Source: an uncultured bacterium (GTDB lineage Bacteria; Patescibacteriota; Saccharimonadia; Saccharimonadales; OFTM59). From it: a stretch of 64,000 nt of DNA. Below are positions 20,282 to 30,510 of this stretch, piece by piece. The notes under the pieces were generated by a model that was given only the letters and a program-made list of their open reading frames with translations, was not told where the DNA came from and made no database searches. Numbering within the stretch: position 1 is the stretch's first letter; every line of letters begins with the position of its first letter. The stretch covers positions 633 through 64,632 of the forward strand of contig CBKXXB010000001.1 in assembly GCA_966685145.1 (NCBI GenBank), given 5' to 3'. Both the position numbers and the translations under genes were made by a program.

Positions 20282-20986
20282 ATGCAAGTAAAATTTGATC
20301 ACACTGAGAACGTTGCCAAAAATATAGTTAGCTTTTGGTTTACTACGGACTCTATGCCTCACCATACCGCTGGTCAATTTACAGAATTGCGCATACCCCA
20401 CAATCAGGTTGATAAGCGCGGAGACAAACGTTGGTTTACGATTTCGTCCTCTCCTACAGAGAAGCAGTTGGCCATAACTACTAAGTTTGCTGCTGAAAAC
20501 GGAAGCAGTTTTAAAAACGCTTTACGCGGCTTGCAGCCCGGAAGTGAGCTTAACATGGCTCAGCCAATGGGCGACTTTGTCCTTCCTAAGGACCCGTCCA
20601 TACCTCTCGTGTTCGTTGCTGGTGGCATAGGCGTCACACCTATGCGCAGCATGGTTAAGTATCTGCTTGATAGCGGTGAAAAGCGTGACATACACCTCAT
20701 TTACGGTATACGTAGCCTGGAAGAAGTTGCGTTCCGCGACTTGTTTGAACAGTACGGGTTAAAGCTCACTTTAGTTGTCAGCCAACCGTCAGGCAATTGG
20801 GATGGAGAAGCTGGCCAGCTTTCAGCCGATCGCATACAGTCATTAGCCGGCGGTCTTAATAACAAGCTGATTTATCTTTCGGGTCCAGAACCAATGACGG
20901 AAGCCCTATTCAAAGACCTGAAGAAACTTGGCATCAACAAAAAGCACATTGTAACTGACTACTTCCCCGGCTACACCGCAGTTTAG
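20282..20986 (+). CDS. FAD/NAD(P)-binding oxidoreductase, ferredoxin-NADP reductase family
   Basis: GQF, RWFTISS, AGGIGVTP and YLSGP motifs. Confidence 0.88.
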   Translation: MQVKFDHTENVAKNIVSFWFTTDSMPHHTAGQFTELRIPHNQVDKRGDKRWFTISSSPTEKQLAITTKFAAENGSSFKNALRGLQPGSELNMAQPMGDFVLPKDPSIPLVFVAGGIGVTPMRSMVKYLLDSGEKRDIHLIYGIRSLEEVAFRDLFEQYGLKLTLVVSQPSGNWDGEAGQLSADRIQSLAGGLNNKLIYLSGPEPMTEALFKDLKKLGINKKHIVTDYFPGYTAV

Positions 20987-20994
20987 GTTTCTTT

Positions 20995-21468
20995 CTAATC
21001 CGTAACTATAACCGTACCTTTCATTGATGGGTGTGGCTGGCAATAATAGTTATACGTACCAACCGCCGTAAAGGTATGGCTGTAACTCTCTCCTTGGCCT
21101 AGTAAAGGGCCGTTGGGGCTGTCGCTGTCTTTAGTGTCGCTATGTACATTATGCTCGACACTATCTTTGTTTGTCCAAGTAACTGTAGTACCCTTTTTAA
21201 CAGTAATAGTCTTGGGGCTAAAGGCAAAATTAGCAATATCAACTTGATTGGTGCTCGCTGTCTCGTCCTGCTGCGTATTGTTTGATTGATCCGGTGAAGT
21301 TTGCTGTGCGGTTTGGTTATTGTGGCCATTTTGTTGAGCTGGTTGTTCACTAGTCTGCGTAGAGGCAGATTCTTGACTACCAGGGCGATTGGCCAACACC
21401 ACACCTACAATTGCCCCGATTGCTACTACAGCTACGAGTATACCGGCAAATGATTTCTTCACGTCCAT
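20995..21468 (-). CDS. Membrane-anchored cupredoxin (plastocyanin/amicyanin-like)
   Basis: Type-1 copper ligands HN...CQPHPSM; TM anchor and Gln-rich linker. Confidence 0.9.
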   Translation of the reverse strand: MDVKKSFAGILVAVVAIGAIVGVVLANRPGSQESASTQTSEQPAQQNGHNNQTAQQTSPDQSNNTQQDETASTNQVDIANFAFSPKTITVKKGTTVTWTNKDSVEHNVHSDTKDSDSPNGPLLGQGESYSHTFTAVGTYNYYCQPHPSMKGTVIVTD

Positions 21469-21474
21469 ACCCCC

Positions 21475-21921
21475 TTACTCGATTATTGTATCATCGTCAG
21501 ACGGTAAAATGGTCTCCGGTTTAGTGATACGGCGCAGCATATCAATGTAAGCGACTCTGATATCACCTGGGAATAGTAAGCCGAGCGAGGCTTCTAATTC
21601 CTGATTAGCCGCATTGAGCATGTCCTCGCCCTTTGCCGTAAGCAGCGCGTGCCGGCTACGACGATCTTTTCGCTGTGTTTTTAGTTTAACCAGCCGCCTC
21701 TTAGATAAGTCAGATAATAAGGCCGTTACTTGAGGCAAGGTTATGCCCATACCTTCTGCAATATCTGTCATACTAAGGCCTTGTTTAGGAGCGGTTTGTA
21801 CTACACCCAAAAGCAACCACTGCATCATTGTCAATTGTGTGGATTCTAACTGCTCAGCGACGATAGTTCGTAAAATTCGGTCTGCTTTTGAATGTATTAG
21901 GCACAGCTCATAAATCGTCAT
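21475..21921 (-). CDS. MarR-family transcriptional regulator
   Basis: LTMMQW, a wHTH and the DRRS...LTAKG motif. Confidence 0.88.
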   Translation of the reverse strand: MTIYELCLIHSKADRILRTIVAEQLESTQLTMMQWLLLGVVQTAPKQGLSMTDIAEGMGITLPQVTALLSDLSKRRLVKLKTQRKDRRSRHALLTAKGEDMLNAANQELEASLGLLFPGDIRVAYIDMLRRITKPETILPSDDDTIIE

Positions 21922-22052
21922 GCTAAGTAACTCCCCAATGAATCAGAATTAAGTGTACGTCGACTTTTTTACTATTGTAAATGAAATATCTTGCTCATGC
22001 GGATATAAAATATAGCAATTTACATCAGAGGTAATGCCGTTACCTTTATCTA

Positions 22053-22991
22053 TTAACTATGTGGTTCGAGATATTTACGTATCATTAGGGCTGCTGTTGC
22101 GCCCTCGCCAGTCGCACTGGCAATCTGCATCGTTGCTCCTGAGCGTACATCGCCTGCAGCAAAAATGCCGGGTATCGTAGTTTCAAGGTTAGGATTCGTC
22201 TTCACCATACCAATGTCATCCAGCTCTACACCAGAGCCTTCAAGAAATGACGTATTAGGCTTCAAGCCGATGAATACAAAAACACCATCAGTTATGAATT
22301 CAACTTGTTTATTTAGTTTCGTGTCTGTACCGATTACCTTGGTAACCTTGCCGTCCTCTCCATCGATTCTGTCCGTCGCAGTATTGAAGTAAACGCTTAT
22401 GGTGTCTCTATGCTTCTTGAGTTCTTGCTGTAACACATCAGACGCTCTGAATTTATCGCTTCGCACCAGAAGGTCAATATGTGTAGCAAATCTGGTTAGA
22501 AAAATGGATTCCTGAACCGCCGAGTTACCGCCGCCTATCACGACAAGTTTCTTGTCGCGGTAAAAAGCACCGTCACAAGTAGCGCAGTAGTGAACACCAC
22601 GGGCATAGTACTCCTGCTCTCCAGGTATACCGAGTTTTTTATAATCACTGCCGGTAGCAATCAAAACTGCTTTGGCGTACATAGTTCCGTCAGTCGTTTC
22701 CAGACGTTTGAGTTTGCCCTCATCAATAATCTTCAGGACTTCGCCAAGTCGTATATCGGCTCCGAAGCGCTCAGCCTGTTGTCTTAGGTTTTCAGCAAGG
22801 TCCAGCCCGGCCAGTCCCTGAGGAAACCCAGGATAGTTGTCAACCCAGTCAGTTACGGCAGCCAGGCCACCGATAACGCCCTTTTCAAATAGTACCGTGT
22901 CGATGTCTTCACGCGTAGTATATAGAGCTGCCGCAAGTGCCGCAGGGCCAGCGCCCACCATTACTACATCATGAACCTCTGGATTCGCCAT
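22053..22991 (-). CDS. trxB: Thioredoxin reductase
   Basis: GAGPA, CATCDG, GGGNSA and FAAGD motifs. Confidence 0.95.
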   Translation of the reverse strand: MANPEVHDVVMVGAGPAALAAALYTTREDIDTVLFEKGVIGGLAAVTDWVDNYPGFPQGLAGLDLAENLRQQAERFGADIRLGEVLKIIDEGKLKRLETTDGTMYAKAVLIATGSDYKKLGIPGEQEYYARGVHYCATCDGAFYRDKKLVVIGGGNSAVQESIFLTRFATHIDLLVRSDKFRASDVLQQELKKHRDTISVYFNTATDRIDGEDGKVTKVIGTDTKLNKQVEFITDGVFVFIGLKPNTSFLEGSGVELDDIGMVKTNPNLETTIPGIFAAGDVRSGATMQIASATGEGATAALMIRKYLEPHS

Positions 22992-23103
22992 TTATCATTT
23001 CCCAATTTTCAATTATTTATTCATTTTACATTTACCGGATTGCTTTGGCCAATGATAAACGGTCATTAATTGGCAAATGTGAATTAGATAAATGGTAAAT
23101 TGT

Positions 23104-23352
23104 TTAGCTTACAGCCGGAGCAAGCTTGGCTAAGTTGTAGCCCACTACAACTTCTTTACTGTTATCTTGTTTAGTTACCACGGTAATAGGTACTGATAGT
23201 TGACCGCTCAAAGCAAAAGCTTCTTGCTGACGAGCCGGATCAGCGTCAAGGTTAATTTCTTCGTACGAGTGCCCTTTAGCCTGCAACCATCTTTTGACCA
23301 TAACACAGTACCCGCAGGTGTTAGTAGTAAAAATAGTGATGTTTTTCGGCAT
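23104..23352 (-). CDS. Glutaredoxin/NrdH-like redoxin
   Basis: CGYC active site and SVP cis-Pro motif; upstream of trxB. Confidence 0.88.
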   Translation of the reverse strand: MPKNITIFTTNTCGYCVMVKRWLQAKGHSYEEINLDADPARQQEAFALSGQLSVPITVVTKQDNSKEVVVGYNLAKLAPAVS

Positions 23353-23463
23353 TTTCTTGCTCCTTTTAGTTTATTTTTTAGTTGCTCTTATTATTATATA
23401 TAGCGCCTATACGCTTATGCAATACCATATATGTTGTGTTTTTTTCTTTATTTCTCCTTTTGT

Positions 23464-24018
23464 TTACTGCTGTACTGATACTACTTCTATATCAAACACT
23501 AAATCAGAGTTAGCCGGGATACCTGGCTGCTCTTGCGGCCCGTATGCCATTGCGGCGGGAATAATAAGTCGGCGCTTACCGCCCACTTTCATACCGGGGA
23601 CACCTTCAGTCCAGCCTTTTATGACTTCATTTAAACTAAACGGAATAGGCTGACCAAAATCATGCGAACTTTGGAAAATAGTGCCGTCTTTAGCCAATGC
23701 GCCGGTATAGTGCGCTGTTACGGTTGCGCCTGGCTGAACAACTTCGCCGGTGCCTTCTTGCAAATCAACAGTCTGGAGCTCACCGACAGATGTAACGGGA
23801 GTAAAGCCTTCTAATTTCGTACCTTGTAATTGTGCCACTGGTTCGTCCTCCTGCTCATTTGGTGTTATAGACTCTGCGGCCTCACGGTCAGGAGTGGGCT
23901 GAGAAACTTCGCTCTCTCGACGCATTTCAAGCAAAACAACTGCTGTAAAAGCAATCGTTGTACCTAAGAACAGTAAAGCTGCTACTAAAGCACCGGCTCG
24001 TTGAAACGGCTTAGGCAT
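23464..24018 (-). CDS. Membrane-anchored FKBP-type peptidyl-prolyl isomerase
   Basis: HYTG, VIKGWTEG, GGKRRLIIP, AYG and IPANSDLVF motifs. Confidence 0.93.
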   Translation of the reverse strand: MPKPFQRAGALVAALLFLGTTIAFTAVVLLEMRRESEVSQPTPDREAAESITPNEQEDEPVAQLQGTKLEGFTPVTSVGELQTVDLQEGTGEVVQPGATVTAHYTGALAKDGTIFQSSHDFGQPIPFSLNEVIKGWTEGVPGMKVGGKRRLIIPAAMAYGPQEQPGIPANSDLVFDIEVVSVQQ

Positions 24019-24104
24019 TCCTCCTCCTTCTTCTAACCGCTAGTATACCCGTTCAGTCATAAATTTTCCAAGCATTTTCCGACACATAATTAATAGCAAG
24101 CGAC

Positions 24105-25877
24105 TTACTCTTCAATTTCGAACTCCTGCAGCTTCTTCTTTACTTTTTCCGTCTTCTTTTCGCGCTGTAAGCTTAGAAGTTGATCATAAATACCGCCGCT
24201 ATGAGACAACTGTGTCGGGCTGCCTACTTCATCAATGCTGCCGCCCCTGAGCGTAATAATCTGATCAACGTTGCGGATAGTGCTTAAACGATGAGCGATG
24301 ATAATCGTGGTTTTATTTTTCATCAGCCGTTCAAGCGCTTCTTGAACAAGTGATTCAGATTTACTGTCCAGGCTGCTCGTTGCCTCATCCAGGACAAGTA
24401 TTGGCGCATCCTTAAGCAGCGCTCGGGCAATCGCAATCCGTTGCTTTTGTCCGCCTGACAATTTTAACCCGCGCTCCCCAATTTCGGTATCGTAGCCTTT
24501 ATCAAGCTTTTCTATGAATTCATGAGCGTTTGCTGCTCGTGCGGCTGCTACAACTTCTTCATCAGATGCACGTGTTTTCCCATAGGCAATGTTTTCCTTG
24601 ATTGTGCCGCTAAACAGCGCGGGATCTTGGAAGACTACTCCTATATTCTCGCGAAGGCTCGCTTGTGTTACGGTACTGATATCCTGCCCATCAATGGCAA
24701 TTTTGCCCTCCTGCGGCTCATACAGTCTGAGCAGCAGGCTAGTGAGAGTAGTTTTGCCCTCGCCGCTCTCTCCTACCAAGGCTATTTTAGTACCAGGTTT
24801 AATTACAAGCTCTATGTTTTTCAGAACCGGTATATGGTCGTAGGAAAAAGACACATTATCAAATACGATTTCACCGCGTTCTATATTTAAATCTTTTGCA
24901 TCCGGTTTATCTGCTATCTCAGGTCTAATGTCCATAACCTCAAAGTAGTCTTTGCTGTCAGCTATAGTTCTTTGGGTATTTTCAACTAGGAAGCTAATTG
25001 TAAAAATGGGAATCCTAATTTGCTGCGCCAGCAATATCAAGGCTACAGCCACCCCGGGCGTATAGTCGCCCCAAGCTGCCTGTAAAAATATAAACATATA
25101 GACGAATAAGAAAATTATATTAAGAACCAATCGTCGACGCACATCACGGACATGCCAAAACTTGGATTGTGGCTTATTAGTATTGACTACGGTAAGCAGC
25201 CTTTTGTTAAAGAACCTCAGCTCGCCTTTTTCCTGCATGAAACTTTTGACCACCTTGATCTGCCCGATAGCTTCGGCGAACCGTCCGCTCGCAATATCGG
25301 CATGCAAGTTCTTCTTAGCCTGATACTCTTGCCATTTATTGCTACTTCTAACGGTAAGCCATATGTAGATTGGATACAATGTGAATAAAAGCAGCGCAAC
25401 TGACCAGCTGTAATAGGCAACTACTACCAATGAGAAAACGGTAGTTAAGATGAATTGCAAAAAGTTATTGCTCATCATCTGCATAAAATTTGCGATTTGG
25501 GTAATTGACCTGTTAAGCCGGCTAATAATTTTGCCGGAAAGCTCTGTATCAAAATAGCGCTGTGGCAATGTCAATAGATGTTCATAGTAGCGCAGGCTTA
25601 ATATCCGCTTCAGCTTTTCGGACATCTGGTCGCCCAAGTACCCCCCGATGTTATTAAGAAACGTACCAACAACATCGAGCAGGAAGATTGCTATAGCTAA
25701 AGATGCCAGGTAGCCTAGATTCGCAGCCGTACCCTTACGTATCTCGTCAATCGCCCAACCACTGATAATCGGATGGAGTAAGGCGCTCAGGCTGACTACT
25801 ATCATTATGATACTTATTGCGAGATAGTAGCGCTTCAGCTCACTTGCTGACTGCAGAATTCTCAGGACGTGTTTCAT
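24105..25877 (-). CDS. ABC exporter, fused permease/ATPase (MsbA-like)
   Basis: TM domain, Walker A GESGEGKT, LSGGQ, LDEATSSLD and IAHR. Confidence 0.93.
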   Translation of the reverse strand: MKHVLRILQSASELKRYYLAISIIMIVVSLSALLHPIISGWAIDEIRKGTAANLGYLASLAIAIFLLDVVGTFLNNIGGYLGDQMSEKLKRILSLRYYEHLLTLPQRYFDTELSGKIISRLNRSITQIANFMQMMSNNFLQFILTTVFSLVVVAYYSWSVALLLFTLYPIYIWLTVRSSNKWQEYQAKKNLHADIASGRFAEAIGQIKVVKSFMQEKGELRFFNKRLLTVVNTNKPQSKFWHVRDVRRRLVLNIIFLFVYMFIFLQAAWGDYTPGVAVALILLAQQIRIPIFTISFLVENTQRTIADSKDYFEVMDIRPEIADKPDAKDLNIERGEIVFDNVSFSYDHIPVLKNIELVIKPGTKIALVGESGEGKTTLTSLLLRLYEPQEGKIAIDGQDISTVTQASLRENIGVVFQDPALFSGTIKENIAYGKTRASDEEVVAAARAANAHEFIEKLDKGYDTEIGERGLKLSGGQKQRIAIARALLKDAPILVLDEATSSLDSKSESLVQEALERLMKNKTTIIIAHRLSTIRNVDQIITLRGGSIDEVGSPTQLSHSGGIYDQLLSLQREKKTEKVKKKLQEFEIEE

Positions 25878-25907
25878 TTGTATGCCCTTGTCATACTATG
25901 TTCACTT

Positions 25908-26633
25908 TCAACTCTGGCCGCGCCGTAAGCTTGCACCTATAGCTGAGATTACTTCCTTACGGCTATCTCCATTAAAATTGTGGTCGGCACCTGGAATTGT
26001 CACCACGGTAATGGCAGAATGTCTTCTCAGTACTTCATACTCTTTGAGCGGCAGTATCTCGTCCCTGCCTGCTATATACAATACGTAAGGCTTCACACCC
26101 GCAAAGTTTATAAGAACATCTGCTGCGTTCGTAGACTCAAATTCATCAAATAAGGAACTCGGTACAAGACTGTATGTTCCGTCCTGTCTAGGAATGGTCC
26201 AAATTCCATTCTTCTCTGTGGCTCCCGGCTTGGAGGTAAAGTATTCTTTCGTTTTTTTGCCTATACTCGCAGGAGAAGCCAAAAAGGCGACCCGACCATC
26301 AATTACCGGCCTTGCCAATGCGGCTACGATACAGCCAATAGAGTGGGCCACTAAGTGCACTTTAACGACCCCCGGCTGTTTCTGAGCCCAATCAATTACT
26401 TGCCGTAAACGTTTAGTTTGCTCTGTAAAGTCGGTCAACACTACTGTAGCTAATGCGTCATTATAGTCATAATAATCAAATAGCACGTAGCCTAAGCCCG
26501 AAGGCAGGCATTCTGTTATATCAGTAAAAAGCCCCCGGTTGTCGCGCCCCACTCCAAAACCATGACTAAACACTACAACTTCAGTTGCAAGCTTATATTC
26601 AAAGCCGAAATTAAAAGGAGTAAGAACACTCAT
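25908..26633 (-). CDS. Alpha/beta hydrolase
   Basis: HGFG oxyanion motif, AHSIG nucleophile elbow, and GADHNF. Confidence 0.85.
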   Translation of the reverse strand: MSVLTPFNFGFEYKLATEVVVFSHGFGVGRDNRGLFTDITECLPSGLGYVLFDYYDYNDALATVVLTDFTEQTKRLRQVIDWAQKQPGVVKVHLVAHSIGCIVAALARPVIDGRVAFLASPASIGKKTKEYFTSKPGATEKNGIWTIPRQDGTYSLVPSSLFDEFESTNAADVLINFAGVKPYVLYIAGRDEILPLKEYEVLRRHSAITVVTIPGADHNFNGDSRKEVISAIGASLRRGQS

Positions 26634-26679
26634 AAATCACTCTTGCTCACATGCTCTAATACAACTTTGGGGTGGATGT

Positions 26680-29280
26680 TCATAACCTTTCGGCACCAAA
26701 CGTTTGTTTGGCTGCCCTTGCCACATCATTAAGAAGGGTGTTTACCTCTTGATCGGTAAGCGTTCGTTCATAGGAGGCAATCGTAAGCCGGATAGTTACC
26801 TGTTTGCGGTTCTGGTCGTCTTCGCGCTGATATATATCTAGTGCTCGCAAATTAGTGATGGTTTTGTTGGGCTGAAGCTCTTGTATGGCACTCTCGATAC
26901 AGCTTAATAGTTGACCGTAAGTAACTTCGACAGGAAGCCTCAACGAAATGTCCTGCTCAACTTTCGGGAATCGGGGCAGAGGTACATACGATGTTTGATC
27001 ACTGGATTGCAGCATTAGTGCCGGGTCAATTTCAAAACCAGCCGTAAACTTGGGCAATTTCAGACTCCGAACAACCGAGTCCCTAAACTCTCCGACCACT
27101 CCCCAAATCAACTCCTGGTTATCTCGAAGCACGGCACTGCGCATAGGTTCATACGGAGCGGTCATTTGCTCAAGCCATGGGTTCTGATACAAATCAGCGC
27201 CGTCAAGAAGTTCATAGCTAAGCCCGGAGACACCGAACTTTTGTAGCAGATGATCCACGTAAAGCCGTGCTTGATAATACGGAGCGCCCGAAAGTACTGA
27301 AGCCGCTTTCTCATCCGCGGCAAAGACAAGGCTAAGCGCGTTGGCTTCTTTAGGCACTTCTGTCTCCTCAGGATCCGGCTCGCCTTTGACGTGTACCTTG
27401 CCGATTTCAAAAATAGCAAACTTACCGTGGCCTGCCTTTATGTTGGTATGGACTTTTTCGAGCAGACTCGGAGTTAAGCTTAAACGATAGTACTGGAGCT
27501 CCGGACTGAGCGCATTAGCAATCTGAAAGGCCATTTCTTTGTCTTGGCCTACTTTGTCCAACAAATTACCATGTACAAAGCTATATGCCAACAGTTCAGT
27601 CGCCCCAGCCGAGCTAAGTACGTTACGAACTTGGTTCTTTAGTTCAAGTACCGTGTTTCTGGGGGCTGGCTTCAGATCGCGCAGTGGCAGCTGAAGGGGT
27701 AGGTGATCGTATCCATATAGGCGCCCCACTTCCTCAACAACATCCTCCGGAATCTCGATATCCGTCCTCCAAAAAGGAGGACTAATTACCAAGGCTTGAC
27801 CATCGGTCTCTACATTGAACTCAACGTTAGTAAGCAGTTGGGCTATTTCCTCACTAGCAAGACTAAGCCCCAAGCGCGCATTTATAAATTCGGCCGAGAC
27901 CTGCACTGGGGCTTGTGGCTGAATGTTCCCCTTAATGTCAATTAAAGTGTCAGAAGGCATACCCGCGGCATAGCAAATTACATCGCCGACCGATGCGGTC
28001 AAAACTTTATCGTTTTGCAGGGGCGACTGACCCTTCGTAAAGCGCGTAACTGCGTCGGTAAAAAGTCCGTGCTCCATTGCTGTCCGCCGTATTGAGTACA
28101 TGTCGAAGTTGGCACATTCTAAGACTATATTCTTAGTAGTTGCATCTACTTCCGTATCAGCACCACCCATGACGCCTCCGATACCAATAGCTTCCTTATC
28201 AGTAGCTATCATGATAGCTTCTGGGCGTGGCTCAATAACTTTACCCCCCAGTATGGTAATTTTTTCGCCTTGATGCGGATGACGGACCACGAGAGTAGGC
28301 TTACTATCACTTTTGGCTTTTACTTTGTCGTAGTCGTAAGCGTGCAAGGGTTGGCCCGTAAGTATCATTTGATAGTTGGTTATATCAACGATATTGTTAA
28401 TTGGGCGAACCCCAAGCCTTGACAGGTACGACTGAACTATCAACGGTGACGGTCTAATCTCAACATCCGTAACTACTTGGGCTAAAAATCTTGGAACAAG
28501 CTCAGGTAACTCATTGCGAACCTCCAGCTTCTCGGCATCTTTGCCAGGTACGCCGGTTGTAGGCTCTGCCAAATACCATTTTGGCGAAGTAAACTGCCGC
28601 CCTGTAATACCAGCAATTTCACGAGCAACACCTAAGATACCAAAGCAGTCCGGGCGATGTGTGAACATCTTGTTCTCGATATCAATGATGAAATCGTCAA
28701 GTTTGTATATCTTAGCGAAGTCATCACCCGGCCTAACCTTAGCAACATACTCCATATTGCTCATTGCCGCTACATGGTCATTGACATCAACTCCGGGGCT
28801 CTTTTTTACAATCTCACGCTCGGCATTGAGCTCTAAGATGCCGTTATGGTCATCATTGATAGCCAGTTCTTTGCCGCTAGCTAGCATGCCGTTACTAACA
28901 ACGCCCCGGATTTCCCTGGGCTCAAGCGTGAGCGGTTCCTTGTCGTACGTGCTGGGCACCGTTGTGCTCGGAGGCAACCATGCAACCAGCATGCCTTCTT
29001 TAACATTTGGCGCACCGCAAACAACTTCAATAAATCCCTGGTCATTTCTTTGGACATCAGTCGTAACGCCGCCATCATCAATACTACATACTTTGAGCTT
29101 GTCTGCATTCGGATGAGGTACGCATGTTACAACTCTCGCCACGACAATACCTTGATATTTTTTGCCCAAGTCGATGACTTCTTCGACGGCTCCAAGCTGC
29201 GCTCCGATTTTCTCTACCAACTCATCAACAGATAAGTCAATCTGCGTATATTCTTTTATCCAGTTAAGGCTAATCTTCAT
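26680..29280 (-). CDS. pheT: Phenylalanine--tRNA ligase beta subunit
   Basis: MKISLNW, HPNADKL, VCGAPN, HRPD, RTDIEIPEDVVEEVGRLYGY and a C-terminal FDX-ACB domain. Confidence 0.97.
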   Translation of the reverse strand: MKISLNWIKEYTQIDLSVDELVEKIGAQLGAVEEVIDLGKKYQGIVVARVVTCVPHPNADKLKVCSIDDGGVTTDVQRNDQGFIEVVCGAPNVKEGMLVAWLPPSTTVPSTYDKEPLTLEPREIRGVVSNGMLASGKELAINDDHNGILELNAEREIVKKSPGVDVNDHVAAMSNMEYVAKVRPGDDFAKIYKLDDFIIDIENKMFTHRPDCFGILGVAREIAGITGRQFTSPKWYLAEPTTGVPGKDAEKLEVRNELPELVPRFLAQVVTDVEIRPSPLIVQSYLSRLGVRPINNIVDITNYQMILTGQPLHAYDYDKVKAKSDSKPTLVVRHPHQGEKITILGGKVIEPRPEAIMIATDKEAIGIGGVMGGADTEVDATTKNIVLECANFDMYSIRRTAMEHGLFTDAVTRFTKGQSPLQNDKVLTASVGDVICYAAGMPSDTLIDIKGNIQPQAPVQVSAEFINARLGLSLASEEIAQLLTNVEFNVETDGQALVISPPFWRTDIEIPEDVVEEVGRLYGYDHLPLQLPLRDLKPAPRNTVLELKNQVRNVLSSAGATELLAYSFVHGNLLDKVGQDKEMAFQIANALSPELQYYRLSLTPSLLEKVHTNIKAGHGKFAIFEIGKVHVKGEPDPEETEVPKEANALSLVFAADEKAASVLSGAPYYQARLYVDHLLQKFGVSGLSYELLDGADLYQNPWLEQMTAPYEPMRSAVLRDNQELIWGVVGEFRDSVVRSLKLPKFTAGFEIDPALMLQSSDQTSYVPLPRFPKVEQDISLRLPVEVTYGQLLSCIESAIQELQPNKTITNLRALDIYQREDDQNRKQVTIRLTIASYERTLTDQEVNTLLNDVARAAKQTFGAERL

Positions 29281-29437
29281 GGGCAGCCTGTCCTTTCTGG
29301 CTTTCTATGGAGTACTGAGTGATTTCTAAGTTACAGGCATTGTGTTCTGTGCAGTACTGCCTGCATTCATCGGCCAATCCCTCTGAAGGATAATGGAGCT
29401 TGCAAACCGGGCATTGATACAGATTGCTCGTTTTCAT
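29270..29437 (-). CDS. 55-aa Cys-rich zinc-finger-like protein (not in ORF track)
   Basis: MKTSNLYQCPVCKLHYPSEGLADECRQYCTEHNACNLEITQYSIESQKGQAAHED. ATGA overlap with the pheS stop and 11-nt overlap with the pheT start. Confidence 0.8.
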   Translation of the reverse strand: MKTSNLYQCPVCKLHYPSEGLADECRQYCTEHNACNLEITQYSIESQKGQAAHED

Positions 29438-30474
29438 TTGAATTGTCCCAAAAAGTCCAGCTTGCCGGAGTTGAAGTGGCGGATATCCTCAATGCCGTAC
29501 TTGATCATGATGGGACGTTCTACACCAAATCCCCAAGCAAATCCTGTATAAACAGCCGGATCAATCCCCGCCATCCTGAGTACGTTAGGATGGATCATGC
29601 CGCAACCGCCAAGCTCAATCCAGCCCGAATAGCTACAAACGTTACAACCCTTCCTGTCGCAGAACACGCAGGTAGAAGCAAACTCAAACGACGGCTCCGT
29701 AAAAGGAAAGTAGAATGGCTGGGTTTTTACCTCTAATTCCTTTTGGTAATACTCCTGGAAAAAGGTTTTAAGAGTGGCAATTAGCATGCCGGCGTGTACG
29801 TTTTTGTCGACATAAAGTCCTTCATGCTGGTAAAAAGTGTGTTCATGCCGGGCATCCAGATCCTCATTACGAAATACGCGATCAGGAATAAGCACAGCAA
29901 TGGGGGCACCCTTATCAAGGTTGGGCTTGTATTTCTTAAGCATACGGTTTTGCATAGTACTGGTGTGTGCAGGCGCGATAAAACCTTCTTGCGTCACGAA
30001 ACTATCATAATCATCGCGTGCCGGGTGACCGGGAGGAAAGTTAAGACTATCAAACATGTGGTACTCATCATCAATCAGCCTGGATGACTCCACCATAAAG
30101 CCCATCCGGTAAAAGATATCAGCCACAATCTCTATCTCTTTCATAATCGGGTGCCTGCTGCCTGCATCGCTGGTTAACAATCGAGGCCTTTTGTCTTCCG
30201 GTGTATTAATATCGAACGGCGCCGTAACATCTATCGAAGCTAGTTTGACCGTGTCTCCAGAACCTTGGCTTTCGGCAAGCTCCTGAAGTTCCATTTTTAA
30301 GGCATTTACCTCTTTGCCAAAGCTTGCCCTTTGTTCGGGTGGCAGCATTTTTATTTCATCGTATAGAGCCTTAAGTTCAGTGGCCTTCAATACATCGGCT
30401 TTGTTTTCAAGCTCGTCAATGCGCCTTTTCAGTAGCTCTGCAACTTCGGCAATCTCAGGAATTTGATAGCCCAT
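29434..30474 (-). CDS. pheS: Phenylalanine--tRNA ligase alpha subunit
   Basis: HPARD, HTS, VFRNE, YFPFTEPS, GCGMIHP and GFAWGFGVER motifs. Confidence 0.97.
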   Translation of the reverse strand: MGYQIPEIAEVAELLKRRIDELENKADVLKATELKALYDEIKMLPPEQRASFGKEVNALKMELQELAESQGSGDTVKLASIDVTAPFDINTPEDKRPRLLTSDAGSRHPIMKEIEIVADIFYRMGFMVESSRLIDDEYHMFDSLNFPPGHPARDDYDSFVTQEGFIAPAHTSTMQNRMLKKYKPNLDKGAPIAVLIPDRVFRNEDLDARHEHTFYQHEGLYVDKNVHAGMLIATLKTFFQEYYQKELEVKTQPFYFPFTEPSFEFASTCVFCDRKGCNVCSYSGWIELGGCGMIHPNVLRMAGIDPAVYTGFAWGFGVERPIMIKYGIEDIRHFNSGKLDFLGQFK

Positions 30475-30510
30475 ATCTGAACGTTAAGTATACTTGAACA
30501 AAAGAGGTTT

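Noticed and set aside
28740-28830. Short insertion in PheT (EREIVKKSPGVDVNDHVAAMSNMEY) as a possible intein or intron
   Set aside because: Only about 25 aa, in frame, and without intein terminal motifs; most likely a variable loop.
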